Shown: positions 10,043 to 20,605 of the stretch, in pieces
How positions within the stretch are numbered: position 1 is the stretch's first letter
How the letters are laid out: each line of letters starts with the position of its first letter
DNA from: a virus
Taxonomy: Duplodnaviria; Caudoviricetes
Length of the DNA: 64,000 nucleotides
IMG/VR virus record: IMGVR_UViG_3300037400_002156
Coordinates: 64,001 to 128,000 of that record
Direction: 5' to 3' (one strand)
Translations under genes and position numbers: made by a program
Notes under the pieces: generated by a model
What the model was told of the DNA's origin: nothing
Databases searched by the model: none
Seen by the model: the letters and a program-made list of their open reading frames with translations, nothing else

Positions 10043-11515
10043 TCATTTACTGCCTTCAGATTCTCCACCTTCTTGTATTTCACCTGTTGAAAGTTTGTGA
10101 AGATTTAAAGCATCAACAATATCTTCATCATTAGAAACACGATTAAGAAGTGCTGCCATGAGCTTTGGCTTATTTGCTACGTTAAGAGCATTCTCATCAA
10201 CACCTTTAATAAGATCAAGAATTGAATTTGTAACCTCAATCTCTGACTTTTGAATGTCTGATAAACGAGTATCTTCAGCAGTTAAGATACGAGGCATTTC
10301 AACTGTAAAACTTGGTGGAAGTATGTTGTGTATTGAACAGAACCAATAAATAAGATCCTTCAAACCTGACTTAATAATTCGTTGACACCTTTTAACAGTA
10401 CGAGCATACCTAATGTCTAATTGAGTTAACGTGGTATCACCAATACCACCAGGAGCTTCATCAGACTGTCCTAAAAACTGCTTTGGAACTTTTAATGCAC
10501 CGTAATAACGATCATCAAAGTAGTCAATATCGGCAAGAGCAGATACATTTACTTCACCGCCAACTTCTTGTACAGTTACAGCACCTTGACCATTTCTTAC
10601 AGGGAAATAAACGTTGCCGCCTGTTAAAATTGGAGATGATTTTGAACTAAATACTTCGGTACTTACATTAATTGACTGTTTCGATGAAACTGCTGTTTTT
10701 AATTCCCTCATCATTCGTGCAGTATCTTGTGAAGATGCAGCACCAACATCAACAGAGAATAAACGATAGAATGAAGATCTTGTTAAACGTGCAAGAATAA
10801 GAAGATCGTCTAGCAACTGACGTTGTTTATAATATGGTCTTGCTGCTTCAAGAAATGAAGCACCATATTGAATATATGAATCTGATGATAAATTTTCTTT
10901 GTTTGCTCTATCAGAAATGAAATGAATAAACGATCTTTCTGGTAAAAGCTTATCTGTATCTACTAAAGATTTATCTTTACTCTGTGGTCTATATAGATAG
11001 CCAAGCGGAACTCCAAAACGATATATGTGAACTACATCTTCTGGCTCTGCTATAGTAAAGAAATCGCCAACATTATACTCCTTGCGATAATCTTCGTTTG
11101 AATAATTTGTGTCAAGAAAGCACTCACCGAAAGCAACGATATTAAATGCAAGAGGATAAATAATATCGTTTATACGAAGTTTGTTCTTTAAAAAGTCTGT
11201 TACCATCTCTGCAAAATCAGGATTATCTGCTGATTCAACCCATGCAGCTAATCCTGTATCAGCATCAATCAATGATGCATCTTCAGAAATTAATTCTACT
11301 GCGCTCATCGTGACGCCGTCTTTCAACATCTCACGATAATCTGCGATACGAGAAAGTCTATCATTAGAAAACTCTCTCAATGATGTTAGAATATTATTGT
11401 CTCTATTTAAAAATAAATTTTCTAATTTATCATCTCTTGCGTCATTTGTATCTTTAATGACTTCAACTTTATTTGAGAGGCCAAATAAATTTTTAAAAAA
11501 TGATTTAAGGCTCAT
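10043..11515 (-). CDS. Portal protein, T4 gp20-like
   Basis: DYREM, LARLTRSSFYRLFSVDVG, DIDYF...ALKVPKQFL, DIRYARTVKRCQ motifs. Confidence 0.9.
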   Translation of the reverse strand: MSLKSFFKNLFGLSNKVEVIKDTNDARDDKLENLFLNRDNNILTSLREFSNDRLSRIADYREMLKDGVTMSAVELISEDASLIDADTGLAAWVESADNPDFAEMVTDFLKNKLRINDIIYPLAFNIVAFGECFLDTNYSNEDYRKEYNVGDFFTIAEPEDVVHIYRFGVPLGYLYRPQSKDKSLVDTDKLLPERSFIHFISDRANKENLSSDSYIQYGASFLEAARPYYKQRQLLDDLLILARLTRSSFYRLFSVDVGAASSQDTARMMRELKTAVSSKQSINVSTEVFSSKSSPILTGGNVYFPVRNGQGAVTVQEVGGEVNVSALADIDYFDDRYYGALKVPKQFLGQSDEAPGGIGDTTLTQLDIRYARTVKRCQRIIKSGLKDLIYWFCSIHNILPPSFTVEMPRILTAEDTRLSDIQKSEIEVTNSILDLIKGVDENALNVANKPKLMAALLNRVSNDEDIVDALNLHKLSTGEIQEGGESEGSK

Positions 11516-11733
11516 CTTTTCTTCCTAAAATATGTGAATATCCTGTTTCTATAATATAATTTATGTTCAGAATATGATGCTTCTGTTATAGCATTATGAT
11601 AATTGTTGTTCATTGTAAAATCATCAATGACTGAAAGTTTGTTACTTCTATTATTAAACAAGTCATATAAGTATTGTTTAATTTCGGTTTGACGATTAAT
11701 CAACTCAGACTCAAATATTGATATTAATGTACA
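11512..11733 (-). pseudogene. C-terminal remnant of the homing endonuclease family at 8601 and 13103
   Basis: Frame extended upstream reads CTLISIFESELINRQTEIKQYLYDLFNN...MNNNY, matching TLISIFESQW...IKDYIRDLFNN...MNNNY; catalytic core missing. Confidence 0.75.
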
Positions 11734-11750
11734 CAGTAGTCTGTAAATTG

Positions 11751-13091
11751 TTAATCTGTAACTATAGGTTGTGGGTGTTGTAAGCCTACTGGAAGTAACT
11801 CATTTTTAAGAAATATTTTACTTTTAATTAAACTGATGTCATCTGTAGAAAATAAGTTATTATCTCCACCATCTAAATATAATAAGTTAATTATCCAATA
11901 TAAAGCGCTATTTTTATCTTCATCTAATAATAAACTTGCATTATTACATTCAATGTACTGCTTTCTAAAGTTTTTACATATAGGGTATTTATCTTCATTA
12001 TTTAAAAATAAACTATAGAAATTTTCTGAAATCTCTGTTTGACTTTTACAGCCAGATTCATTTTTAATATAACTATCAAACTCATCACCGATATAAAGAG
12101 TAGTCTCAGAATCAGTACTATAATCAAATCTTGTAAACACTGATGTTATATAATTATACATATTAAATGATTCATTCTTTAAAGCCGTATCTATTTGACG
12201 ATATAACTCTGTTTTATTATATCTGCTATAATAATATTCTATTGCGGTCATAAAAATACCATAGTTTAGAAATTTGCTTATTAAGCCATCATCTTCTAAG
12301 TCTGCTGCAATAGAAAAAGCAGATTGAGATTCTCCATTTATTGGCTTATTTGTATATTCAATTGCTCTTTTACAATTATCATTATCACTTATTTTAGATA
12401 GAATAAGGTCAACAGATTCATAACATTGTGCTTTTGTTGCAGCTATTAGTGGAGTGTTTCCGTATATGTCAAATTTCTGGCATAAGCCGCCGTTGTATTT
12501 ATTCTTTGGAGCATCTTCTTCATTGTAAAATAAAGTTCCTTTGTATTGCTTAAGAAGTGAATTTAATACATCACTGCTATTAGCACTTGCTGCATTATAT
12601 ATACATTTTTCATCTAACAATGTTTTTAAATCATCTTCACTTAGTTCTCTAGCGTAAACTGTCTTTGTCTGAAACTCAACATTGCCTTTATCATCTAAGA
12701 CAAGCATTCCATCATTATTTTTAGGTATTTTTCTACCAGTAGACTTATCCCAATCATTAACAGTGACACCAGTATTCCCTAAAAGAATATCTATAGCAAC
12801 AATGTTTCCTGACATTATTGCTATTTGTAGAGGTGTTTTACCTTTATTGCATTTTTGTGTAATTGATGCACCTTTACATTTTCTATCATACTCTATTTCT
12901 GTATCTTTACTACCAGTGATATATACTAATACTAGAGGATCTGCATTATTCATAATTGCAGCACATAATAGTGTATATCCTTCTTTATCATTATAATAAT
13001 CTAGTGATGATATACTTTTAATAATCTCATTAACTGAGTCTAGATCTTTGAAATTATCTGATGAAAATTTAATTTTATCTGATGACGACAT
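11751..13091 (-). CDS. Ankyrin-repeat protein
   Basis: GYTLLCAA, GKTPLQIA, GNTPLIAA repeats. Confidence 0.8.
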   Translation of the reverse strand: MSSSDKIKFSSDNFKDLDSVNEIIKSISSLDYYNDKEGYTLLCAAIMNNADPLVLVYITGSKDTEIEYDRKCKGASITQKCNKGKTPLQIAIMSGNIVAIDILLGNTGVTVNDWDKSTGRKIPKNNDGMLVLDDKGNVEFQTKTVYARELSEDDLKTLLDEKCIYNAASANSSDVLNSLLKQYKGTLFYNEEDAPKNKYNGGLCQKFDIYGNTPLIAATKAQCYESVDLILSKISDNDNCKRAIEYTNKPINGESQSAFSIAADLEDDGLISKFLNYGIFMTAIEYYYSRYNKTELYRQIDTALKNESFNMYNYITSVFTRFDYSTDSETTLYIGDEFDSYIKNESGCKSQTEISENFYSLFLNNEDKYPICKNFRKQYIECNNASLLLDEDKNSALYWIINLLYLDGGDNNLFSTDDISLIKSKIFLKNELLPVGLQHPQPIVTD

Positions 13092-13102
13092 TTTTTAACT
13101 CA

Positions 13103-14203
13103 CTATAATGAATATCCACATGTGTAAACTACATTATCTCTAAATGTATAATAAAGATCATTATAATTTACACATTTAATATTCTTAAATGGCAATGGAT
13201 AGTTGTTATTCATTCCTAACTTATATATTGATAGACTATTTTCTTTATCATTAAAGAGATCTGTAATATAAAATTTTATGGCATCTTTATTGCGTAGCCA
13301 CTCAGATTCGAATATACTTACAAGTGTGATATTATTCTTATGACATTCAACAAATTTATTATAATGATACATCTCATCTTTAAATAAGCTAGAATGCCAA
13401 TAATCACCGTTAAATTCAATAGCAATCTTCTTTTCAGGATAATAAAGATCTAATTCAAACGGTGATATTATATTCCTTGAGTTTTTGATAAGAGTTCCAT
13501 TATAAAAAGTAGAAATGTAATCTATTATTTCAGACTCATATGATGAAGTTGAAAAGCATTTATCACATAAACGAAAACACTTTAACATCTTTTCAGATAT
13601 GTTAAATATATCTCTAACGTTATGCTCTGAAAAGTTTCCACATTGAGGACATCTTGTTTTTATCTTATCTGAAGATACTAGACTACCAGATAATAATTTA
13701 ACAAGGTCGTCTTCTTCTATCATATCACGAATATTATTATTCTCTACTATCTCACGTAAAGAGTTGACTCTATTAATCTTAGACAGCTCTTTATTTTTGT
13801 TAACATTTAATTCAATCATTCTCTGACGATTATTGTTTCTAATGTCTTCATGAGAATAAAACCATTCATGATGTCTCAGTGCTTGTTCTGCAATCTTATC
13901 AGGGTTGTTTTTGCACCATTGCTTATATTTATGAGATCTCTGTATAAGAATGTCTGGGTTATCTTTATATATCTGCTTACATTGATTAGAATATTCTTCT
14001 GATTTATTAAAACATCCACAAGATTTTATTTCACCTTTACGAATAACCTTAAGTAAATATTCTTTTACTGATCCACATCTGCATTGGCATTTACAAACAG
14101 TTCTATTATTTGAATTTGTATACACATCTAACACAGTTAACCAATTTATAGATTTACCAACTAATTCTGTTTTAAGATCATCAATGTTATATTTAATAGG
14201 CAT
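13103..14203 (-). CDS. Homing endonuclease-like protein, paralogue of 8601..9908
   Basis: CKCQCRCG...SCGC; ELDLYYPEKKIAIEFNGDYWHS. Confidence 0.75.
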   Translation of the reverse strand: MPIKYNIDDLKTELVGKSINWLTVLDVYTNSNNRTVCKCQCRCGSVKEYLLKVIRKGEIKSCGCFNKSEEYSNQCKQIYKDNPDILIQRSHKYKQWCKNNPDKIAEQALRHHEWFYSHEDIRNNNRQRMIELNVNKNKELSKINRVNSLREIVENNNIRDMIEEDDLVKLLSGSLVSSDKIKTRCPQCGNFSEHNVRDIFNISEKMLKCFRLCDKCFSTSSYESEIIDYISTFYNGTLIKNSRNIISPFELDLYYPEKKIAIEFNGDYWHSSLFKDEMYHYNKFVECHKNNITLVSIFESEWLRNKDAIKFYITDLFNDKENSLSIYKLGMNNNYPLPFKNIKCVNYNDLYYTFRDNVVYTCGYSL

Positions 14204-14220
14204 AATTACATTTACAAATC

Positions 14221-14256
14221 AACCCTCTATAGATTTATTTAGCTCTATAGAGGGTT
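14221..14256 (-). terminator. Terminator-like hairpin after recA
   Basis: AACCCTCTATAGA/TCTATAGAGGGTT. Confidence 0.65.
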
Positions 14257-14265
14257 ATTATTTAA

Positions 14266-15348
14266 TTACTCATCTTCTTCAGAAACTTCATCCGGATCGT
14301 AAGTTGCATCAGTAGATAGCTCTGATTCTGAATCAACTACTTCGTCCTCTTCATTTGGGATAAGAGCAATTCCACCAAGTCCATCTGCAACTTCTGCAAA
14401 ATATTTTAAATGATCTTTAATAAAGCCTTCAACCTCATCTACTTTTACATATATATCTTCATTTTGATATTTAACACGATATCCTTTTCTTGGAACTCTC
14501 TCAACTACACCGTGATATTCAAGTACAGAACGAATCGCGCCTGCATTAGAAATGCCTTTACCAAAATGTACTGTAATAACTTTCTTTAATAATGGACGAG
14601 CATAACGGTTCTTATCAGTCCAAATTGCAAGATCACATCCGTATGGGACAGGTTTTTCGTAACCAGGTAATGTTTGTTCAAGCATCTTAACTTTCTTCAT
14701 CATAATTCGAACATCCATATAATAACCTAATGCCTGTCCACCAGCCTGAGTAAGTTTAGTAACCTGACCATAACCCATTGCAATTTTTGTTCTTAATTGA
14801 TTTACAAAAATCACAGTTTTATTTGAGTTCTTAAAACGTGATTTAAATTTCTGCATGAAGTTTGATTGAATACGAGCTGCAACACCTGGTTCATTCATTT
14901 CATCTACATTCTTTTCAGTTAATTTACCAGGTACTGTTGCTGTAATACTATCATAAATGATAAGTGCAACCTCTTTATCTTCTAGAACCTGCATTAAAAA
15001 GTTGTCAACTTCACCATATGTCTGAAGTCTAACTGGAATGAATAGCATCTCTTCTACGTATTGTCTTAAACCGAAACAATCAATCTGATTTCCATTTAAG
15101 CCTGATTCAGTGTCAATATATATTACTCGTCTTCCTTGTGAGCAATACTTTTTTGTAATGTGCAAACACATTGTAGATTTACCACATCCTGATTCAGATG
15201 CAATTTCAATAAATGTGCCTTCTGGAATACCTCTACCATTTGAAATTACTGCGTCTAAAATGATGCTACCGCTAGGTGAGAAATTTTCTTCCTTTGCTGT
15301 TAAATCAATCATCTGAGAATAGAGCGCAGTGAAGTCGATTTTAGCCAT
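14266..15348 (-). CDS. recA: RecA/UvsX recombinase
   Basis: Walker A SESGCGKST, YIDTE, IIYDS, FVNQLR, GGQALGYY. Start reassigned to MAKIDF behind AGGAG. Confidence 0.9.
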   Translation of the reverse strand: MAKIDFTALYSQMIDLTAKEENFSPSGSIILDAVISNGRGIPEGTFIEIASESGCGKSTMCLHITKKYCSQGRRVIYIDTESGLNGNQIDCFGLRQYVEEMLFIPVRLQTYGEVDNFLMQVLEDKEVALIIYDSITATVPGKLTEKNVDEMNEPGVAARIQSNFMQKFKSRFKNSNKTVIFVNQLRTKIAMGYGQVTKLTQAGGQALGYYMDVRIMMKKVKMLEQTLPGYEKPVPYGCDLAIWTDKNRYARPLLKKVITVHFGKGISNAGAIRSVLEYHGVVERVPRKGYRVKYQNEDIYVKVDEVEGFIKDHLKYFAEVADGLGGIALIPNEEDEVVDSESELSTDATYDPDEVSEEDE

Positions 15349-15678
15349 AAATAAACAGCTCCTATGATATAATCTATTGTAATTAAATGCTAAATTAAAT
15401 ATACATGCCAGTTGCACTGCTTTTAATTGTTTTTGAAATTCATTCTATGACAAAATGCAATGTATTAAGTTAATCAGCAGAACTCATGTTATGTGTTTAT
15501 ATTCAGTGTCGTATATGAAGCAATATAGTAGTGTATTGATTAGAATTGTATTTAAGATGTTTTAATTTCTTTACAGAGTGTATTGCAAATTGCAATTGAT
15601 CATTCTTGTTGATTCACATTTATATTAATTAAACACCCAGATTGAAGCAAAAATCAATCTGGGTTTACTTATATTACA

Positions 15679-16296
15679 TTACATATTAGACAAAATTGCT
15701 GCTACTACAATATTTACAGCTTTTGTAATGTCGTTTAAAAACGCATAACTAACGATGCTATTATTTTTATTACAAATAATTTTCATTTTAAAATCTTTAT
15801 CATTATCTCTAATAATCATAAATAGCTGAGGCTCTGTACTAGTTAATGAAGATACTGAAATCTCTACAACATCTGTTCCTGTTCTCTTATAAGCGTCATC
15901 AATACGAAGGCTTAACAGCTTATTTGGTGATACTGTACCATCCGCATTATTAACTGGACGTGTTAATTGGCATAGCTCTTTTTCTAATAAAGACATAAAT
16001 TGTTTTCTTAACTCATCATAATCTGATGAAATCTTTTTAATAAGTTTATTGAGCTGATTAAGTTTATTATTAAAACGATCTGCAAATGAGCTTATCTGTT
16101 TTGCTGTCTTTAAAAGATTTTCAAAATGTTCTTCTGCTAATGGCTGTAATGATAATATCTCTCCAGTACTATCATCAATTTTGTCTGTACAAACAAATCC
16201 AAGTAATCTATCTGCATATTCAGAACATGATTGAAGAGATTCAAGTAAAATTACACATTCAGATTGGACATCACAAAAATCATTAGTTGTTACCAT
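15679..16296 (-). CDS. Hypothetical protein
   Basis: 205 aa, AGGAG RBS. Confidence 0.6.
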   Translation of the reverse strand: MVTTNDFCDVQSECVILLESLQSCSEYADRLLGFVCTDKIDDSTGEILSLQPLAEEHFENLLKTAKQISSFADRFNNKLNQLNKLIKKISSDYDELRKQFMSLLEKELCQLTRPVNNADGTVSPNKLLSLRIDDAYKRTGTDVVEISVSSLTSTEPQLFMIIRDNDKDFKMKIICNKNNSIVSYAFLNDITKAVNIVVAAILSNM

Positions 16297-16402
16297 GTTT
16301 TATTCTCCTTATATTTGTTAACCATTAAGTTGCAATGACCTATTCACTACACCATAAATGATTACCGCTTGAGATTATGTATACATTATTATATAAGAAT
16401 AT

Positions 16403-16693
16403 TTAACATCTGCATGGAGTTGAATCAGAAATAACTAAGCCAGTATCATCATTTGTACCTGCTTTTATAAAATCAACTTCTGCATATCGTGTTAAATGTA
16501 ATGTGTTATCTTCATCAGCAGATCCTGTTGCCATATACAATCTGTATTGACCACATGGTGTTTTAAGTAGTATTAGATCACCTAATGAAACATCTGAAGC
16601 TTCAACCTCAGTTAATTTATATATCTTACTGTATTTTGACTTATTGTCTAATAAAGTATGATTAGCGTAGTCTGTAGTAAAATCAAGAGACAT
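16403..16693 (-). CDS. Hypothetical protein
   Basis: 96 aa, coupled to upstream stop. Confidence 0.55.
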   Translation of the reverse strand: MSLDFTTDYANHTLLDNKSKYSKIYKLTEVEASDVSLGDLILLKTPCGQYRLYMATGSADEDNTLHLTRYAEVDFIKAGTNDDTGLVISDSTPCRC

Positions 16694-17445
16694 TATGTTA
16701 ACCTCATTCTCCAGTTATATAAAGAAACGTACATCATCTTAACTGCAAATAAGAAAATAAGAAATATCTCATATAGTGAGTACTTATATGAAATAGGCTT
16801 TATTTCTAACTTATCTGGTTTATAGATAGGAGGTCTTAGTCCATTATAATATTCTAATGAAGTGTTAAATTCATAATTAATAAAATCATTAGAAAAGTCA
16901 GATTGAATCTTTACAGCTAAAGGACTCTTAACATAACACTGACATGTTGAGTTATTCACTGCGTCTGTGATATTTTTAAATGGAACTATAATTAATCTAT
17001 TATCTAAACCAACATGAAATAGAAGTGAATAAAGCTTATCTCTATATGGAAGTTCATCTATATAGTCAACTATAACTACTGGCATATCACTTGCCAGCTG
17101 CATTAGAATTTCAGTAAGAACTAGATCTTCTTTACTGAGTTGGTAGAAATGTAGCCATAAAAAGTGATTTATGCTAAAATAACTTAAGTACTCTATGAAT
17201 TTATCTTGATTTATATGTCTACATTTCTTTATATAGCGAAAAATATTCTTATATATGTTATAGTCTTTTCTAATATAACTAATAAATGATTCAGATAATA
17301 CATGATGCTTATTGATGATATACTCAGAATGTTTAAGCTTTCTAATAAAAGCTTCTAAATACTCAGTATTTGTTGAGTATACAGACATAACATTTCTAGT
17401 TATAAATCTAAGATTTAATTTATCATCAACTAAATCAGCTATCAT
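16693..17445 (-). CDS. Hypothetical protein with degenerate ABC-ATPase C-lobe and C-terminal hydrophobic helix
   Basis: QLSKED...LASDMPVVIVDY resembles signature/Walker B spacing; no Walker A. Confidence 0.45.
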   Translation of the reverse strand: MIADLVDDKLNLRFITRNVMSVYSTNTEYLEAFIRKLKHSEYIINKHHVLSESFISYIRKDYNIYKNIFRYIKKCRHINQDKFIEYLSYFSINHFLWLHFYQLSKEDLVLTEILMQLASDMPVVIVDYIDELPYRDKLYSLLFHVGLDNRLIIVPFKNITDAVNNSTCQCYVKSPLAVKIQSDFSNDFINYEFNTSLEYYNGLRPPIYKPDKLEIKPISYKYSLYEIFLIFLFAVKMMYVSLYNWRMRLT

Positions 17446-17448
17446 AAT

Positions 17449-17898
17449 TTACTCTTCAGAAGTATCATCGTCATCAGGCTCAGCAAGTGCTTCTTGTAAT
17501 TGCTGAAGTGTTTCTGCTGACATGTTCTTTAACAGATTATACACAGTGTCAATACGAGCGGTGTTCTCAGTCTCAACAGCTTGTTTAGATACCTGACTAC
17601 AAATAGTCATAATCTCTGCCTGAGCTTTCTTTGCTTCTTTATAACGTGCATTAAGTTCTTTCATGTCAAGCTTCTGAACATCTACATTATATAAACGATC
17701 TTCTGCTTCTGAAATAAATTTATTAAGATTTGCTAGACGTGATAAAGATGCTGCTGAGAAATATGATAAATATGCATAAATTTTACGAGACAAAAGAGTA
17801 AGATTTTCACTTAGCTCTACTGGCATATCTGCTACTACTGCAGCATCAATTACTTCAAGAGCAGAATCTTTTTTCTTTTTTACAATATTATTACTCAT
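17449..17898 (-). CDS. Helical coiled-coil protein (terminase small subunit is one possibility)
   Basis: All-helical sequence with acidic tail. Confidence 0.4.
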   Translation of the reverse strand: MSNNIVKKKKDSALEVIDAAVVADMPVELSENLTLLSRKIYAYLSYFSAASLSRLANLNKFISEAEDRLYNVDVQKLDMKELNARYKEAKKAQAEIMTICSQVSKQAVETENTARIDTVYNLLKNMSAETLQQLQEALAEPDDDDTSEE

Positions 17899-17914
17899 TA
17901 TAATCACCTAAAGA

Positions 17915-18787
17915 TCAAATAACATCTCGCGAGTTAATGATTCTCTTAATAGACGCTACTGAATTTCCATACTTATTAGAAAGATCTTCTACTGATGAGC
18001 CATTATTATAGTCATCACAGATAGATATATCATTGAGAAGATGTTTAACCAATATTGTAGAAGGAATATTAAACTTGTCTTCCTGAAATACATCTAAGAA
18101 AGCAAGAAATTTGTCACCTAACAATTGGTATAGAGTGTTAAAGTAATTCTGACCAGTTACTGAATCAAGCTTATCTGCAAGTGTTTCAATTTGATCTTCT
18201 GTATATTTATCATAGCAAGGAAGTAAATCGCATGGATTTTTCATATTTTTAGCCTCTGAATAAGATTCCCATTCTTTTAAGTCATCATTCGAATCATTAA
18301 TAGTATATTTTCTTTTTGCACCGTTCGTTTTAAACAGTTTCCATGTTCTTAAAGATACTGTGCGAAATGAATCTATTGAATCTATTGAAAGATCATGCAT
18401 GTCAATAAGATCTGATTTCATTTCAAATAACTTTGGATATACTGTTTGCTTATCCAATATATCATCTTCTGTAGAGATTAACTTATTAGATCTGAAAATG
18501 AAATTAGATAAAGTATTACGAATACGAGTAAAAAGAACATTACGAATATTCTTTATATCTTCATCTGTCTGTAATGTAGAAACTTTAATAATAAAAGCAA
18601 CTGCGTCTGAAGTAGCCAATGAAGCAAGATCGTCTTTATCAAAATGCTCAGCATATTTACTGAAGTATTTAGAAATAACTACTTTTGATAAAGTAGAAAT
18701 GTAATCCCAGCATAGCTGGGTTGGCTTTCCACTTATAACAAATTCACTTAGCTTAGGCATTGGCGGATGATTACTACGTCTTGGCAT
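17915..18787 (-). CDS. Sigma factor-like transcription regulator with C-terminal HTH
   Basis: DDLASLA...LFTRIRNTLSNF resembles sigma region 2; SVEDLSNKYGNSVASIKRII is HTH-like. Confidence 0.5.
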   Translation of the reverse strand: MPRRSNHPPMPKLSEFVISGKPTQLCWDYISTLSKVVISKYFSKYAEHFDKDDLASLATSDAVAFIIKVSTLQTDEDIKNIRNVLFTRIRNTLSNFIFRSNKLISTEDDILDKQTVYPKLFEMKSDLIDMHDLSIDSIDSFRTVSLRTWKLFKTNGAKRKYTINDSNDDLKEWESYSEAKNMKNPCDLLPCYDKYTEDQIETLADKLDSVTGQNYFNTLYQLLGDKFLAFLDVFQEDKFNIPSTILVKHLLNDISICDDYNNGSSVEDLSNKYGNSVASIKRIINSRDVI

Positions 18788-18859
18788 AATATAATGAACT
18801 CCTTTAAATATAAATATTACGTATGTTTGATGTGATATTATATACATGAATATACTATA

Positions 18860-19531
18860 TTACTGAAGACATATAAGAGAGTTTTTTACTGACGTGACAT
18901 AGTAATCATAATCGTCTATTTTGTTCTTATATAAACAATCTAAAACATCACCAAAGTCCTTCAGATAATCACCTTCTAAGCTCATTGGTGGTTTTAACCG
19001 CTTTATACGAAAACCATCACGAGAGTGTTTTCTACATATGTTATGAAATGAACTTTCACCAGCTTCATCATTATCAAATGCACAGTACACTGTAGAAGAT
19101 GTTCCTTCAAGAAAAGACATAATATTCTTTGAAACTGCTACTCCATTTGTTGCTATTACAAATGGATAAAAATTTCTTAAAAAATCAGAATCTAATACAG
19201 ATTCAACAATAATCCATGGTTTATAATAAGGCTTCTCATTAAACCCAGCGCCATAAGGGATATATTGACATGTATTATAATATCTGAATTGCTTTTCAGA
19301 ACATGATCTTAACATAATAGCAATTACTTCATTGTTCATAATATTAGGCATTGCAATGCATTTACCTTGCTCTGCTATGAACTGTTTTATATAAGTATCA
19401 AAATCATATCTGAATGCATCATAGCCAGTAACTAGTCTATATGGATTATTAAATGCAAGTGAATATGATGCATACTTATTGTAAGAGTGATCTATTTTAG
19501 GTAGTGAATAAAAATACTCAGTTAGGTTCAT
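18860..19531 (-). CDS. DNA primase (TOPRIM domain, no zinc-binding domain)
   Basis: IIVESVLD, CAFDNDEAG, KDFGD motifs. Confidence 0.8.
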   Translation of the reverse strand: MNLTEYFYSLPKIDHSYNKYASYSLAFNNPYRLVTGYDAFRYDFDTYIKQFIAEQGKCIAMPNIMNNEVIAIMLRSCSEKQFRYYNTCQYIPYGAGFNEKPYYKPWIIVESVLDSDFLRNFYPFVIATNGVAVSKNIMSFLEGTSSTVYCAFDNDEAGESSFHNICRKHSRDGFRIKRLKPPMSLEGDYLKDFGDVLDCLYKNKIDDYDYYVTSVKNSLICLQ

Positions 19532-19535
19532 ATCA

Positions 19536-20174
19536 TCACTCTCGGGTGTTCTCTTGCTCTTGAAGAGTGAAATTACCCTTGTCAGCTACATATATTCTAT
19601 CTCCATATTCAATGAACTTATTATCGTGTGTGATAAGAACTATAGATAATCCTGTTTCATCACATAGTGTTTTAATAAATTCCATGAACTGAGGAACATA
19701 CAATTTAGAAAGCTGACTTAATTGCTCATCAAGAAATAAATATTTCTGAACGTCTGTATTTATAATAAAGAAGATCTGAATAATAGTTGCAATTACAACT
19801 AATATTCCACCAGCAACATTTGAGTTCTTAATAGGAATAAGATTTCCATTATCATTTAACAGAAGTTCTACACATTTTGAATTTCTCTTATCTGTAACTT
19901 TAATCTGAACAGAATAGTCTCTATCATAGAATATCTGTTTTAGACCAAGTGTTAAAAGCTCTTCTAGCTTTCTTAGAAGTGAATCAGAGAATTTACTAAT
20001 AATATCATCAATAATTGGTTTGCATAATCGTAGAGTGTTTTTCTCACATTCTAGATCACTTATTTTAGATTCAATATCTTCAATAGAATGTTTCGTATTT
20101 TCAATTGAAGACTGAATGCCACGATATTTAATTAGAAGATTTGTTAGTTCACTCTCAAAATTTTGGTCAATCAT
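19536..20174 (-). CDS. SbcC/Rad50-like ATPase, C-terminal half
   Basis: Coiled coil, then VAGG signature, YLFLDE Walker B, ITHD H-loop; no Walker A. Confidence 0.85.
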   Translation of the reverse strand: MIDQNFESELTNLLIKYRGIQSSIENTKHSIEDIESKISDLECEKNTLRLCKPIIDDIISKFSDSLLRKLEELLTLGLKQIFYDRDYSVQIKVTDKRNSKCVELLLNDNGNLIPIKNSNVAGGILVVIATIIQIFFIINTDVQKYLFLDEQLSQLSKLYVPQFMEFIKTLCDETGLSIVLITHDNKFIEYGDRIYVADKGNFTLQEQENTRE

Positions 20175-20440
20175 ACTTAAGCACTTTTTATAATAGAAGT
20201 TCTTAATTGCTTACACAACCGGCTGCGCTGGGTTGTTCTGCAAAAGTTTATTGTTTATTGAAGTTCATAATAGAAGTTTAATGATGAAGATTGTAATCGG
20301 AATTTTTTAATAAAAAGTTTTTATTGAAGATCTCATAGAGATTTTTATAATAGAGAAGTTCTTATTTGAAGATTTATTAGATTGAAGATCATAAAATAGG
20401 AATCATTTAGATTCATTGAATACAGATTCAGATTAAGATC

Positions 20441-20509
20441 TTATTTAAATAATAAATATTATTTTATATTATATAATAAATAAATATATATATATTTTAT
20501 TATTTTATT
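20441..20509. other. 69-bp A/T-only tract, candidate DNA-unwinding element
   Basis: No G or C from 20441 to 20509; abuts the tandem repeats. Confidence 0.6.
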
Positions 20510-20605
20510 GATTAGAATTTTGATTAGAATTTTGATTAGAATTTTGATTAGAATTTTGATTAGAATTTTGATTAGAATTTTGATTAGAATTTTGATTAGA
20601 ATTTT
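20510..20605. repeat. 8 perfect tandem copies of GATTAGAATTTT (candidate iterons)
   Basis: Counted directly at 20510, 20522 ... 20594. Confidence 0.95.

Noticed and set aside
20510-20605. CRISPR array
   Set aside because: Contiguous 12-bp repeats with no spacers, and no cas genes in the window.
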